NCBI GenBank assembly: GCA_934101865.1
Contig: CAKOSA010000003.1
Coordinates: 4,940-68,939, forward strand
DNA from: an uncultured Bacilli bacterium
Lineage (GTDB): Bacteria; Bacillota_I; Bacilli_A; RF39; UBA660
Length of the DNA: 64,000 nucleotides
Direction of reading: 5' to 3'
The notes under the pieces were generated by a model. It was given only the letters and a program-made list of their open reading frames with translations, did no database searches and was not told the origin of the DNA. The position numbers were made by a program, and so were the translations under genes. Within the stretch, counting starts at the first letter, position 1; each line of letters opens with the position of its first letter. Of this stretch, positions 20,415 to 31,113 are shown piece after piece.

Positions 20415-20433
20415 TGTAACCCATTTGGTTACA
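20415..20433. promoter_or_regulatory. Palindrome TGTAACC-N5-GGTTACA upstream of the XRE gene (operator or weak terminator candidate)
   Basis: Perfect 7-bp arms, 46 nt upstream of the XRE ATG and 21 nt downstream of the sigma gene stop. Confidence 0.3.
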
Positions 20434-20453
20434 CTTTTAAAAAGTCCTTTATT

Positions 20454-21125
20454 TTATGGGGTTTCTTGAAGAATTTTTTTTAATTTTTTTAGACCTTTTG
20501 TACTACTTCTTGACACTTGAACTTGGTACATACCCATTTTTTTGGCAATTTCTTCCTGAGTTTTGTCGTTGTAATATCTTTCAATTATAATACTTCGTTC
20601 TGGCTCCGGCAGGCTTTCAACTGCTTCTTTTAGATATAATAGTTCGGCTTTTTCCTCTGTTTGGATATCTTTCACTGTATCTAATAGGGTTAAGGTTTTG
20701 CCATCGTCACTTATGACCTTGTCAAGGCTTTCACTTTCTTTTACGGCTTCTATCGTTCTTATGATTATGTTCTCATCTATTTCTAGAAAGAGAGACAATT
20801 CATAGGTTGTTGGTTCTTTCATTAATTTTTGCGTAAGAATTGTTTTGGCTTCTTCGAGTTTAGGATATAGGCTAAGAATGTCTTTACTTATTTTTAATGA
20901 TCTATTTTTATTTACGTAACTTATGACTTCTCCGAGCATATATTTATAGGCATAAGTTAGGAATTTGGCTTTACGAGAGGCATCATAATTTTCCCAAGCT
21001 TTGATTATTCCGATTACAGCTGTTTGATATAGGTCCTCTATTTCATAGTATCTTCTATATCGATTTATTACTGAATATATTGCTTTTTCGTTTTCAATGA
21101 TAAATTCTTTGAGTTCTTCGTTCAT
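20454..21125 (-). CDS. Sigma-70-family sigma factor of the SigF/SigG/SigB group
   Basis: 223 aa. Regions 2-4 are recognisable (DLYQTAVIGIIKAWENYD, FLTYAYKYMLGEV, QEEIAKKMGMYQVQVSR). AGGGGGA SD. Confidence 0.9.
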   Translation of the reverse strand: MNEELKEFIIENEKAIYSVINRYRRYYEIEDLYQTAVIGIIKAWENYDASRKAKFLTYAYKYMLGEVISYVNKNRSLKISKDILSLYPKLEEAKTILTQKLMKEPTTYELSLFLEIDENIIIRTIEAVKESESLDKVISDDGKTLTLLDTVKDIQTEEKAELLYLKEAVESLPEPERSIIIERYYNDKTQEEIAKKMGMYQVQVSRSSTKGLKKLKKILQETP

Positions 21126-21146
21126 ATTTTCCCCCTTTTTTATTTT

Positions 21147-21473
21147 TTATATGAGTGCAAAGGCTTTTAGTTCATTATCTATCCATGGTATTTTTTCTTT
21201 GAATATTTTCTTTGTTATGGTATTGTCTTTTTCACAGAGTATGAAACTTCCGCTTTTGCTTACGATGTATTTGTAGTAATTTAGAATGTAGTTAATTCCA
21301 CTTATATCTATGGATTTTATTTCATCAATATTAAGAACAATGTTGGTAATTCCTATTTCCTTGATTAGTTCGTTTAGTTTTTTGATATTTCTTTGATAGT
21401 GATCTTTATCGAAATTTCCTAGTAGTCTAACAAATAGTATTCCTTTACGAAATTCGTAATTCATTTTTAACAT
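21147..21473 (-). CDS. STAS-domain anti-sigma-factor antagonist (SpoIIAA/RsbV-like)
   Basis: About 108 aa. STAS pattern with a conserved Ser in a DISGI context. Start set to the ATG at 21473 (AAAGGTGA SD). Confidence 0.75.
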   Translation of the reverse strand: MLKMNYEFRKGILFVRLLGNFDKDHYQRNIKKLNELIKEIGITNIVLNIDEIKSIDISGINYILNYYKYIVSKSGSFILCEKDNTITKKIFKEKIPWIDNELKAFALI

Positions 21474-21544
21474 ATTTATCACCTTTCGTTATTAATTTAG
21501 CATATTTTTTGGGTTTTGGATACAGGTTCGACAAAAGGTGCTAA

Positions 21545-22810
21545 TTAATTCGTTCGACATTTTTTGATGTTTTTGTTGGGAATTATATTTAGGGCTATTA
21601 GGGTGACTAGAAATAGTGGAAAAATGGGGTTTGGTTTATTATTAGAACTTGTATTTTTGGTATTTATTTGTTCGGCTGTGATTGGGGATAAGGGGGTATT
21701 ATTTATGGGGATAAGGGGGTTGTTTATTTCTTTGGGAGGCACTATTGTGGGTGGGGAGTTATTAATTTGGTCATTATCTTTGGTGTTGTTGGTAGTATTA
21801 TCATCGTTATTATTTTCTTGGGTGTTATCTTCTATATCTTCTTTTTTATTGTTATTTTTTTCTTCGTTCTTATCATCATCTTTTTTGGTTTCTTGTTCTA
21901 ATTCTTCGGGAGTTTTTTTACTGGATAATTTGTATCTGTAAAATGTTTTTACAGCTGATACGTCGGGGGTATAGCCGTCTTGGGGAGAGGATGCGTAGTA
22001 ATTATCGTCGTAGAATACGTGCTTAATATAATAGTAGTATTTGTAATATTCTCTATAACGGCAAAAGTTGTGTAAACCGTAGTTATCGACAAAAATGGTT
22101 TGAGTTATGGGTGTTTCGGAGGGCAAGATGTCAGTGGTTCTTCTTTTAGCGAGCCATTTTTCATCTATTTTATAGTTTTTGATGTGGGTTTCGCCGGTGT
22201 AATTGGCACATTGTTTTTCTCTGCTACTATCCATTGATATTGAGATACCGTAGGTAAGTGGTTCATCTGGTCTATTGGTTTCTAATAGGAGTGTTATGTC
22301 TTCTAATTCGTAGAAAGCGAGCATATCTATAACGATGCTATCGTTTGTATTTAGGTTATACTGGCCGTTCGCACAGCTTGGACATTTTATTATGTTATAG
22401 TTTAATTCTTGGCCTTTGATATATACTTTGATATTTGTGAATGTGAAGTTTTCTTTTTGGTGGTAAAGGGTTATATATCTAGCGGGTTCGGTTTTTTTGT
22501 AGGCGTAAAATTCTTTGTATTCTATATCGTACTTGTCCTTGCTTATCATTCGGCAATTGTACTGCCAAGTGCTGTATGGGCCTTGTCCTACTTTATCTCC
22601 TTCGGTTAAATAGTATTGGGCAGGGGCCTTGTTTAGGGGATAGTATCCGCCTTCTTTCTCAGTACGAAACCATTTGTAGCGTAATTGGGTTTCGTATTCT
22701 TTATAGGTATCATCATATTGGTCTGTCCAATTGGTATACTCTTCGGCGTAAATTTTTAGTGGTAACATTAGTAATAATAGGGGTATTATTTTTAGTATTT
22801 TTTCTCTCAT
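21545..22810 (-). CDS. Secreted, C-terminally anchored Tyr/Trp-rich protein with an N/D/K/P low-complexity stalk
   Basis: 421 aa. Signal peptide (LLLMLPLKIYAEE), globular Y/W-rich domain, low-complexity region, terminal hydrophobic helix. Confidence 0.6.
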   Translation of the reverse strand: MREKILKIIPLLLLMLPLKIYAEEYTNWTDQYDDTYKEYETQLRYKWFRTEKEGGYYPLNKAPAQYYLTEGDKVGQGPYSTWQYNCRMISKDKYDIEYKEFYAYKKTEPARYITLYHQKENFTFTNIKVYIKGQELNYNIIKCPSCANGQYNLNTNDSIVIDMLAFYELEDITLLLETNRPDEPLTYGISISMDSSREKQCANYTGETHIKNYKIDEKWLAKRRTTDILPSETPITQTIFVDNYGLHNFCRYREYYKYYYYIKHVFYDDNYYASSPQDGYTPDVSAVKTFYRYKLSSKKTPEELEQETKKDDDKNEEKNNNKKEDIEDNTQENNNDDNTTNNTKDNDQINNSPPTIVPPKEINNPLIPINNTPLSPITAEQINTKNTSSNNKPNPIFPLFLVTLIALNIIPNKNIKKCRTN

Positions 22811-22949
22811 TTGTTTCTTCCTTTCTTTTACCCTTTTTTTCTTTTTGTCAAAATCACCTCCTCTATTATTATTATTACCAAAAAAAATAAAAATTCCCCC
22901 CTCAGAGGCAAAAAAAAACTAAAAAATTGGTTTTTTTAGTTTTAAAAGT

Positions 22950-24239
22950 TTACGGTTGTTCGTTTTTTTCACTATTTTTGATTATTACTATATTTTTGTT
23001 GGTTAGGTCTATTTTTGTTATTATTTCATTTAATTCTTGGATATTTAATGATTTTATTATATCTAAAATATTGGCTTCGATTTTGCCATCAAATATTATG
23101 TTATCGACAATCATTTCGTTTACAAGAGTTATGTTTTCGTAACTGAATATTTCGTTACTTATGAGTACTTTTTTCTTGCGTTCGAAATCTTTTTCGTTTA
23201 TATTTATATTTTTTAGTTTTTTATCTATTTCTTTGATTAATTCTTCGTATTTATCGGTTTCATTGATGAGAGAAATTAGTAAATGGGTGTCGGTATCAAG
23301 GAGATTATAACTTATTGTTGAGGTTATTATTTTGGCTTTTTTCATCTCATAGTCGAACTCGGATACGTCGGAAAAGAGGAGATTGAAGAGAATATATAGA
23401 TAGATGTTTAGTTTTCTTTTGTCGATATCGAGAGACTGGGGATTGATTTTGATGGTGTATGCTATTTTGGCGACATCCGTTGGAATTTTTATTATTTCTT
23501 TGGGCTTCACTACCGTGTGTGGCTCTTTTATTTTGTCCTCTTGACATTTTTTTATATCAGGAAAAGTTTTGGACTTTTGATTTTGGGTAATGGCTTCGAG
23601 AATTTCTTTTTCATCGAAAGAACCGGAAATTACGACAAACATATTAGAGGGATGATAGAAGGTGTTATAGCATTTGGTTAGTAATTCGGGAGTTATTTTA
23701 TTTATGTCTTCTACTGTGCCTATAATGCTATTTTTGAAGTTATTTTTATGGAGGGCATTTTTTCTTATGGCTTCAAAGAGGACATTTACGGGTCTATCGT
23801 CACACATATGTATTTCTTGAGTTATTATGCCTTTTTCTTTTTCGACATTTTCCTTAGTGAAATATGGGGATTGGACAAAATCTAAGAGAAATAATAGGTT
23901 TTCTTTTAGTTTTTCTGTGCCTTGAAATAGATATGTGGTATTTTTAAAAGTTGTATAGGCGTTGCTGATGGCTCCGTTGGAAGAGAAGTAGTCGCTTGGT
24001 TCGGGACCGGTTTCTTGAGCAAAAACTTTGTGTTCTAAGAAATGGGCTATTCCGCTTGGTACTTTTATTTTTTTATTGGTTGTTTTATCAAAGAATTCGG
24101 TGTTTATAGATCCGAATTTAGTTGTAAATGTTACGTAGTTGTTATGAAATGTTTTTTTGTTGTATAGGTATACTTCGAGACCGTTATCTAGTTTTTCGTA
24201 AGTAATGGTTTCATCTAATCCTTTAATCTTTATCTCCAT
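22950..24239 (-). CDS. M16-family (pitrilysin-like) zinc peptidase, active-site subunit
   Basis: 429 aa with the inverted zinc motif HFLEH (HxxEH). Confidence 0.85.
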   Translation of the reverse strand: MEIKIKGLDETITYEKLDNGLEVYLYNKKTFHNNYVTFTTKFGSINTEFFDKTTNKKIKVPSGIAHFLEHKVFAQETGPEPSDYFSSNGAISNAYTTFKNTTYLFQGTEKLKENLLFLLDFVQSPYFTKENVEKEKGIITQEIHMCDDRPVNVLFEAIRKNALHKNNFKNSIIGTVEDINKITPELLTKCYNTFYHPSNMFVVISGSFDEKEILEAITQNQKSKTFPDIKKCQEDKIKEPHTVVKPKEIIKIPTDVAKIAYTIKINPQSLDIDKRKLNIYLYILFNLLFSDVSEFDYEMKKAKIITSTISYNLLDTDTHLLISLINETDKYEELIKEIDKKLKNININEKDFERKKKVLISNEIFSYENITLVNEMIVDNIIFDGKIEANILDIIKSLNIQELNEIITKIDLTNKNIVIIKNSEKNEQP

Positions 24240-25494
24240 TTGGGCCTCCTTTTAGAGCATAGCTTGAATGCACTTTGATTTTCTTTGATAGGGTTATTAT
24301 ATCGTTTATGGATACTTTCTTTATGTTTTCGATTCTTTCCTCAGCACTTGCACTTCCGACAAGGGATTTGGCAAAGTAGGTATTTATTATTCCATAAGGG
24401 TTATCGGTACTGGCAATTATTCCTGATATGATTGTTTCTTTGGCGTTTTCGAAATAGTTTTCAGCGAATTTTCCTTTGCTAATGGCATCAACGTTTTTAC
24501 GAATTTGTTTTATGACTGTTTCTTCGTTACTTGGTTCTACTCCAGAATATATTATTAATAAATTGTCATAGGCCTTTGCGAGGGAACTTACATAATATGC
24601 ATAGGAATTTTTCTCGCGAATGTTATCAAAGAGGACAGAACTCGAAGAGCCTCCCAACAACTCATTATAAACGAGTAGCACGTATTTTCTTTCGTACTCA
24701 CTTAAATTTTTGATGCTATATAAGAGCACGATTTGGGACTGATTGGCTTTTGTTAATTCTTCGTAGTTTTTTATTCGGCTTCGCTCGCTGAGGGGCGGGG
24801 TTATAATATCGTCTTTCTTTTTGTGATAAGACCATACTTTGAAGTATTCTTTAAATAGTTCTTTGGTGGTTTTGACGTCAACATCCCCTACTATGAATAC
24901 ATCAACGATATCATCATTTATGACACTTTTGTAGTATTCGTAAAGTGAAGCTGGGGTTATATTTTGAATGATGTCTTTATCTCCATAAGGATTGTATGAG
25001 TATGGTTTATCGGAAAATTTTTCTAAGAGGCTAAATATTGCGTATCTTATTTTATCGTCTTTAAGGGTTTTGATATTTTTTTGGTTTCTTTCTTTGACTT
25101 GTGATAACACTTCTTCGCTGAATTTTTTATCGGTAATATTTGGTTTAAATATTATGTCTAATAAGAATTTTATTGATTCCTCATTCATTCCTTCTTCGGT
25201 GTATTTTTCATTTAGAAATCTTGTTTTGAATGATAGGTTTGTGTATGTGCCTATTCTACTTGATGAAGACATTAGTTTTAGGTCATAAAGGTTTTCACTT
25301 TCTTTTATTAGTTCGGTTTCGTTTTTATAATTTTGATTTGAATTTAGTAGTACATCTTTAAGTATAATTCTGTTACTGATGTCTTCTTTTTTTAAGGGCC
25401 TACGGAAACATATATCGACCGTGATTGTTTTGAATTTGGTTGTATTTATGATATGTAAATCGTAAGCTCCCATATCTATTTTTTGATAATCCAT
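24223..25494 (-). CDS. M16-family peptidase-like protein lacking HxxEH (non-catalytic partner)
   Basis: 423 aa. M16 fold pattern, no HxxEH. 17-nt overlap with the downstream active subunit. Confidence 0.8.
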   Translation of the reverse strand: MDYQKIDMGAYDLHIINTTKFKTITVDICFRRPLKKEDISNRIILKDVLLNSNQNYKNETELIKESENLYDLKLMSSSSRIGTYTNLSFKTRFLNEKYTEEGMNEESIKFLLDIIFKPNITDKKFSEEVLSQVKERNQKNIKTLKDDKIRYAIFSLLEKFSDKPYSYNPYGDKDIIQNITPASLYEYYKSVINDDIVDVFIVGDVDVKTTKELFKEYFKVWSYHKKKDDIITPPLSERSRIKNYEELTKANQSQIVLLYSIKNLSEYERKYVLLVYNELLGGSSSSVLFDNIREKNSYAYYVSSLAKAYDNLLIIYSGVEPSNEETVIKQIRKNVDAISKGKFAENYFENAKETIISGIIASTDNPYGIINTYFAKSLVGSASAEERIENIKKVSINDIITLSKKIKVHSSYALKGGPNGDKD

Positions 25495-25552
25495 TTTACT
25501 TCCTCCTTATGAATAGTATATATTGTTTTGCATTTTTTAAACTTATTTTTTT

Positions 25553-25594
25553 GAAAATCTGCATAGTTTTTATTGCAGTTTTTGAAAAATTGCA
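25553..25594. repeat. Composite palindromic element (three AAAAWCTGCA half-sites), terminator-like, downstream of deoD
   Basis: GAAAATCTGCA-tagtttttat-TGCAGTTTTT-G-AAAAATTGCA. It is a mirror image of the element at 48304-48342. Confidence 0.8.
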
Positions 25595-25602
25595 ACGTGT
25601 TA

Positions 25603-26313
25603 TTAACAGTTTATTATGGTATTTAGGGCTAATTTTATCATTTGGTCAAGGGCTTCAGTTCTTTCCTTGCTAGTTAATTCTTTTTTGGTTATAAAGCTAT
25701 CGGATATGGTTAGAATACAACTGGCTTTTTTGCCAAAGTGTTCAGCATTTTTTAAAAGGGCATAACTTTCCATTTCCACGGCTAAAAGGTGTTTTTCTTC
25801 GTTCATTTTTTGATATATTTCGCTAGTTGTATAGAAGGCATCGCTACTATGTACTTTTCCTTCTACTAGGGTTAGGCCTTCGGCTTGGGCTTCATTTTTT
25901 ATATGGTTGTTTAGTTCTTCGTTTGCGTTTATTTCGTGAGTGGTACTTCCGTCAAAGACTTCGGCATAAGTGGACTCGGAATAGGCTGATGTTACTAATA
26001 GTAAATCTAGTACATTTAGGTCTTTGGTGTAAGAGCCGGCGGTTCCTATTCTTATTATGTTCTCGACGTCATAGAATTTATATAGTTCATAACTGTATAT
26101 GGCCATACTTGGTATTCCCATTCCGTGGGCCATTATGGTTACTTTGGTGCCTTTATAATATCCTGTATAGGCATATATTCCTCTTACTTTATTTACGCAT
26201 TTATAGTTTTCTAAATAGTTTTGGGCTATAAATGTGGCTCTATTGGGGTCGCCAGTTAGAATTACATTTTTTGATATATCTTCTTTTAGGGCTTCATTAT
26301 GTGGTGTTGCCAT
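25603..26313 (-). CDS. deoD: Purine nucleoside phosphorylase, DeoD type
   Basis: 236 aa. TGDPNRA, MGIPS, IRIGTAGS and EMES motifs. Confidence 0.9.
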   Translation of the reverse strand: MATPHNEALKEDISKNVILTGDPNRATFIAQNYLENYKCVNKVRGIYAYTGYYKGTKVTIMAHGMGIPSMAIYSYELYKFYDVENIIRIGTAGSYTKDLNVLDLLLVTSAYSESTYAEVFDGSTTHEINANEELNNHIKNEAQAEGLTLVEGKVHSSDAFYTTSEIYQKMNEEKHLLAVEMESYALLKNAEHFGKKASCILTISDSFITKKELTSKERTEALDQMIKLALNTIINC

Positions 26314-26393
26314 TTTTTAATCACTACCTTTCTTACGTTCATAATTATATCATAAGTACTTGGTTTTGGATAGGTGTTTTGAGAAAAAATGGC

Positions 26394-26425
26394 AAAAAAA
26401 TAAAGTTTTCGGGTTTGAAAACTTT
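26394..26425 (-). terminator. Rho-independent terminator ending the ABC-ADI operon
   Basis: Minus strand reads AAAGTTTTC-aaaccc-GAAAACTTT followed by ATTTTTTT. Confidence 0.7.
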
Positions 26426-26449
26426 ATTTTATGATTCATTTTCCTATTA

Positions 26450-28855
26450 TTAGGAAAGGGCAACCATAGATACTGTTAGTATTATCACAGAAGCTAGGGC
26501 TAAAACTGCTACTACTTTAAGAGCCCATTTGAACCAAGTTGAGTATTCTACTTTGGCAAGAGCAAGTCCTCCCATTATAGCACCGCAAGTTGGTGTAATT
26601 AGGTTTACGAGGCCGTTGGCAGCAACGAATATCATTATTGTTGTTTCGACACTGAAACCTAATTCGTGAGCAAGTGGTCCCATAATTGGTGTTGATAGGG
26701 TTGCTAATCCCGAAGAAGATGGTACTAATATTGATAGTACTATGTGTAGTAAGTAATCTAATGGGGCAAATAGTACTGGTGGTAAGTGCCTTAGGGCTTC
26801 GGCAGCATTATATATTATGTAGTTATCTAAGTGTGTAGTTGTCATTAATACTGATGCACCACGGGCAATAGCTACGATTAGGATTACTCCCATCATATCG
26901 GCAGCTCCGTTTACGAAGGTACTTACGAATTTTGGTTCGCTATCTCTATTTACTACACCTATTATTATAGCCATTATGAAGAACCATAGTGATGCTTCTT
27001 GGAAATACCACCAACCGAGTGGGTTACCGGTTAATTTTCCGGTTGTATCTAGGAATATATTTATTCCAAAGCTATCCCAAGGGATAAATCCTATTATCAT
27101 TATTAGGAATGTTATGCCAAATAGGACAAGGGTAAATTTTTGTTTACCGGTTAATTTGGTTTCTTTATCTTTCTCAGCTGGTTTTAGGTATGTTTTTTCC
27201 ATATCTTTTTGTTCACGTAATGATAGGAAAGTTGACCCTTTATCAGCTTTGACTTTCTTTGCATAGGCCATAACGAAGGCAGTCGCAATAGCGTAAGACA
27301 CTAGCCAAAGGGCTACTCCGAGACCGATTATTAGGCCCTGATTTACTTCGATGCCTTTGGGTAGGGCGTCAATTGCAACACCAACGGCAAAGGGATTTAT
27401 GGTGGAACCGAGGACACCGACGCCGGCACCAAGTAAAACGATGGCGGATGCGATTATGGTATCCATTCCAGCTACTACCATTGTTGCTGATAGTAGGGCG
27501 TAAAATCCAACTGTTTCTTCGAGCATTCCGTAAGTTGTGCCACCTATCGAGAAGATAAACATTAGAATTGGGATTAGCCAAAGTTCTTTTCCTTTCATCT
27601 TTTTGATAAGTACTTTTATTCCTGTTTCAAGGGCTCCTGTTCCGTTTACGATGGCAAGGAATCCTCCTAAAACGAATATGAATATGCAGACATCTATGGC
27701 ATCTTTAAATCCTAGTATTGGTGCAAGTAAGATATCAGATAAGGATGCTGCAACTACTCCACTACCGTTAACTATTTCCTCATTTACAAAGGAAGCCGAT
27801 GGTAGGAAGTGGGTTATCAATCCCAAGAATATTATGATTAGTAATATTATTGAGAATGATGATAAGACAAATTTCTTATTTTTTGCCTTAGCCATTTCTA
27901 TCCTCCTTTTCTTTCCATCCCCCTTTTGTGTTATGATTGTACCTGTTTTGCCACTTAGGGCATTTAATCCATTGTTTAGTGATGTAATAATGGCTTTTTT
28001 CTTAGGGCTTTCTTGAACGAACTCACAGCTGGCTTCTACTTTGGGAAGCATACTTCCTTTAGCAAAATAGCCTTGGTTTATATATTCTGTGGCTTTTGCT
28101 AAACTCATTGATTTAACTCCCTTAGCGTTTTCTTTGCCATAATTTATATAAACTTTATCTATGGATGTTAGGATGAGAAGGATATCAGCTTTGATTTGAC
28201 GGGCTAGCAAGCTAGCAGCGAAGTCTTTATCGATAACAGCGTCTACTCCTTTATAACTTCCGTTTTCTTTTATGACGGGGATTCCGCCTCCGCCAGCGGT
28301 TATGACTACGTTGTTTTCATCGATGAGGTCATTTATTACATCTTCTTCAATGATGCGGACGGGTTTTGGAGATGGTACAACTCTCCTGTATCCTCGTCCA
28401 GCGTCTTCGACAAACTTATATCCCTTTTCATCTGCTATTTTTTGTGCTTCTTTTTGGGTATAAAACATTCCTACAGGTTTGGTTGGATTGTGAAATGCAT
28501 CGTCGTATTTGCTTACTTCTACCTGAGTAATGATTGTCACACAATTTTTCTTTATTCCACTTCGTTCTAATTCACGAGATATGGATTGTTGCAAGTGGTA
28601 ACCGATATATCCTTGGCTCATTGCCCCACATTCAGCAAAGGGCATAGATGGTGTTCCTATTCCCTCACTATTTGCGTAGTCGGTTGCTAGTTTTATGGCT
28701 CCGACTTGAGGACCGTTACCGTGAACGACAACTACTTCGTGGCCGTTTGCAACGATTTTTACGATTTGTTTGGCAGTTTTTTTTACTAATTTTAGTTGCT
28801 CTTCAGGTGTTGTCCCGAGGGCGTTTCCGCCGAGAGCTACTACTACTCTACTCAT
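26450..28855 (-). CDS. arcC: Carbamate kinase fused in-frame to a YfcC-family (ArcE-type) putative arginine/ornithine exchanger
   Basis: First ~320 aa are carbamate kinase ([17 protein letters not shown]). The rest is a ~480-aa polytopic domain collinear with E. coli YfcC ([24 protein letters not shown]). Internal ATG at 27895 is preceded by AGGAGG. Confidence 0.85.
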   Translation of the reverse strand: MSRVVVALGGNALGTTPEEQLKLVKKTAKQIVKIVANGHEVVVVHGNGPQVGAIKLATDYANSEGIGTPSMPFAECGAMSQGYIGYHLQQSISRELERSGIKKNCVTIITQVEVSKYDDAFHNPTKPVGMFYTQKEAQKIADEKGYKFVEDAGRGYRRVVPSPKPVRIIEEDVINDLIDENNVVITAGGGGIPVIKENGSYKGVDAVIDKDFAASLLARQIKADILLILTSIDKVYINYGKENAKGVKSMSLAKATEYINQGYFAKGSMLPKVEASCEFVQESPKKKAIITSLNNGLNALSGKTGTIITQKGDGKKRRIEMAKAKNKKFVLSSFSIILLIIIFLGLITHFLPSASFVNEEIVNGSGVVAASLSDILLAPILGFKDAIDVCIFIFVLGGFLAIVNGTGALETGIKVLIKKMKGKELWLIPILMFIFSIGGTTYGMLEETVGFYALLSATMVVAGMDTIIASAIVLLGAGVGVLGSTINPFAVGVAIDALPKGIEVNQGLIIGLGVALWLVSYAIATAFVMAYAKKVKADKGSTFLSLREQKDMEKTYLKPAEKDKETKLTGKQKFTLVLFGITFLIMIIGFIPWDSFGINIFLDTTGKLTGNPLGWWYFQEASLWFFIMAIIIGVVNRDSEPKFVSTFVNGAADMMGVILIVAIARGASVLMTTTHLDNYIIYNAAEALRHLPPVLFAPLDYLLHIVLSILVPSSSGLATLSTPIMGPLAHELGFSVETTIMIFVAANGLVNLITPTCGAIMGGLALAKVEYSTWFKWALKVVAVLALASVIILTVSMVALS

Positions 28856-29843
28856 TTTCACTCATCATTGTTGCATACATAACTGCCTTTATGGTATGCA
28901 TTCTATTTTCGGCTTCTTCAAATACTTTGGAGGCCGGACTTTCAAATACTTCGTCGGTTACTTCCATTTCTTTAATTCCGTAGGTATCGTATATTTGCTT
29001 GCCGATAATTGTATCGGTATTATGGAAAGATGGCAAACAGTGTAAGAATATGGCATTACTGTTACAAGAGTTCATTACTTTTTTATTTACTTGATATGGT
29101 AATAGTAAGTTTATTCTTTCTTTCCATTTGGATGCGTCTTCACCCATACTGAGCCATACATCGGTATATATTACATCCATATTTTTTATTTCTTCGGGAT
29201 TGTCAGTAAAGTTTATGGTACAACCGTTTTCGTGAGCTATTTTTTTACAAGTTTCGGTTAATTTTTCCTCCGGCCACAAGTGTTTTGGGGCACAGCAGTT
29301 GAAATTTATGCCTAATTTACTGCATATTACCATAAGGGAATTGCCGACATTGTTTCGTCCATCTCCGAAAAAGCAAAAGTTTATGCCTTTGAGGTACCCA
29401 AAATGTTCTTCGATAGTCATAACATCGGCAAGCATTTGGGTGGGATGGAACATATCGGTTAGTCCATTCCATACGGGAACGGTTGCGTATTTGCATAGTT
29501 CTTCAACGGTTTTTTGGGAAAAGCCACGGTACTCTATACCGTCATATATTCTGGTAAGTACACGGGCGGTATCTTTGATTGTTTCTTTTTTCCCCATTTG
29601 GGATCCCGTAGGGCCTAAATATGTTACGTGCATTCCTAGGTCATAGGCTGCGACTTCAAATGAACATCTGGTTCGAGTGGAATCTTTTTCGAATAGGATA
29701 ACGATATTTTTGCCTTTGAGGTACTCGTGATTTTGGCCTTCTTGTTTCATTTTTTTGAGTTTTTTAGATAAATCTAATAGGTATCTTATTTCATCGCTTG
29801 AATAGTCTAATAGTTTTGAAAAATCTCTTCCTTTTAAGTTCAT
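28848..29843 (-). CDS. arcB: Ornithine carbamoyltransferase (catabolic)
   Basis: 331 aa. STRTR, HPTQ and HCLP motifs. Sits between arcA and arcC. Confidence 0.93.
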   Translation of the reverse strand: MNLKGRDFSKLLDYSSDEIRYLLDLSKKLKKMKQEGQNHEYLKGKNIVILFEKDSTRTRCSFEVAAYDLGMHVTYLGPTGSQMGKKETIKDTARVLTRIYDGIEYRGFSQKTVEELCKYATVPVWNGLTDMFHPTQMLADVMTIEEHFGYLKGINFCFFGDGRNNVGNSLMVICSKLGINFNCCAPKHLWPEEKLTETCKKIAHENGCTINFTDNPEEIKNMDVIYTDVWLSMGEDASKWKERINLLLPYQVNKKVMNSCNSNAIFLHCLPSFHNTDTIIGKQIYDTYGIKEMEVTDEVFESPASKVFEEAENRMHTIKAVMYATMMSENE

Positions 29844-29848
29844 ATTTT

Positions 29849-31075
29849 TTAATCCTCTCTAATTAGTGGCATACTCATACATCTTGGACCTCCACGTCCA
29901 CGAGATAGTTCAGCACTGTGCATTTCAAATACTTTTATTCCGTGTTCTCTTAAAACGGCATTGGTTACGTTGTTGCGATTATAGACTACGACAACGCCTG
30001 GGGCTATACACAGGGTGTTTGTTCCGTCGTTCCACTGTTCTCTTTCGGATGGTATTTTATCACCACCGGCACAAGGTATGAGGGTTATATCTATTTTTAG
30101 GTATTCTTCGAGTATTTTTTCAAGCGATCCTTTTTTCTGTTTTACTTTGACTTCGTCGTCGTTATAGCCTTTGGTTATTTCAAAAACTCTTAGGGTATCC
30201 ATTATGCCTGGGTGATAAGTGAATTTATCGAAGTCAATTTGCGTGAAAACGGTATCGAGGTGCATAAAGGCACGGCACTCGGGAATTAGAAAGGCAAGGA
30301 CGGTGTCGATTTGGCATTCGGGGTCTTTAAAGAGGTTTTTGGCAAGTAGATCGATAGCATCGGCACTGGTTCTTTGGGAAATTCCAACGGCGAGGACGTG
30401 TTCATTTAGGTTAAGGACGTCTCCTCCTTCGATATGGAATGGGTTTTCGCGGTCATAGTATTTGGTTACTTTATCTTGATAATCTGGGTGATAGTTAAAG
30501 ATGTAGCTGGCATAGATTGTTTCTCTACTTCTTGTTTCCGAATACATCTTATTTAGGACAACGCCATTTCCTACGGATGCGAAGGGATCGCGGGTAAAGT
30601 ATAGGTTGGGCATTGGAGCAGCAAGGAATTTTCCTTCTTCACTAACTAAGTCAACAAGGGAATTTTCGATGTCTTTTTTCTTTCTATTTAGTTCGCTTAC
30701 TTTTATTCCTTCCATTGTTTTTAGGACTAGTTCTTTATTGTTTTCGATACTCATTAGAAAATCGAAGAGCATATCTTTATACATTGGTGTTCTTATTCCG
30801 GCTTCATATATGAATTGTCTTATGAAAGCGGGTTTGATATTTGGATTGTAGTTTAGGGTTTCGGCCATTAGGTCTTCCAAATATACGACTTCTATGTTGT
30901 TATCTCTTAGTATTTGAGCGAATTCATCGTGTTCTAGTTGGGCGTCTTTTAGATATGGTATATCGTCAAATAGTAATTCTTGTAATGTATCGGGTGTTAG
31001 GTTTAGTAGTTCCTTTCCTGGTCTATGTAATAGGACCTTTTTTAGTGGTTTGATTTCACTGGTTACGTGTATCAT
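29849..31075 (-). CDS. arcA: Arginine deiminase
   Basis: [23 protein letters not shown]-terminus and a C-terminal [10 protein letters not shown] catalytic Cys motif. Start set to the ATG at 31075, 9 nt after AGGAGG. Confidence 0.93.
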   Translation of the reverse strand: MIHVTSEIKPLKKVLLHRPGKELLNLTPDTLQELLFDDIPYLKDAQLEHDEFAQILRDNNIEVVYLEDLMAETLNYNPNIKPAFIRQFIYEAGIRTPMYKDMLFDFLMSIENNKELVLKTMEGIKVSELNRKKKDIENSLVDLVSEEGKFLAAPMPNLYFTRDPFASVGNGVVLNKMYSETRSRETIYASYIFNYHPDYQDKVTKYYDRENPFHIEGGDVLNLNEHVLAVGISQRTSADAIDLLAKNLFKDPECQIDTVLAFLIPECRAFMHLDTVFTQIDFDKFTYHPGIMDTLRVFEITKGYNDDEVKVKQKKGSLEKILEEYLKIDITLIPCAGGDKIPSEREQWNDGTNTLCIAPGVVVVYNRNNVTNAVLREHGIKVFEMHSAELSRGRGGPRCMSMPLIRED

Positions 31076-31113
31076 TTTTATCATCCTCCTATTTTAATTA
31101 TAACATATATTTT

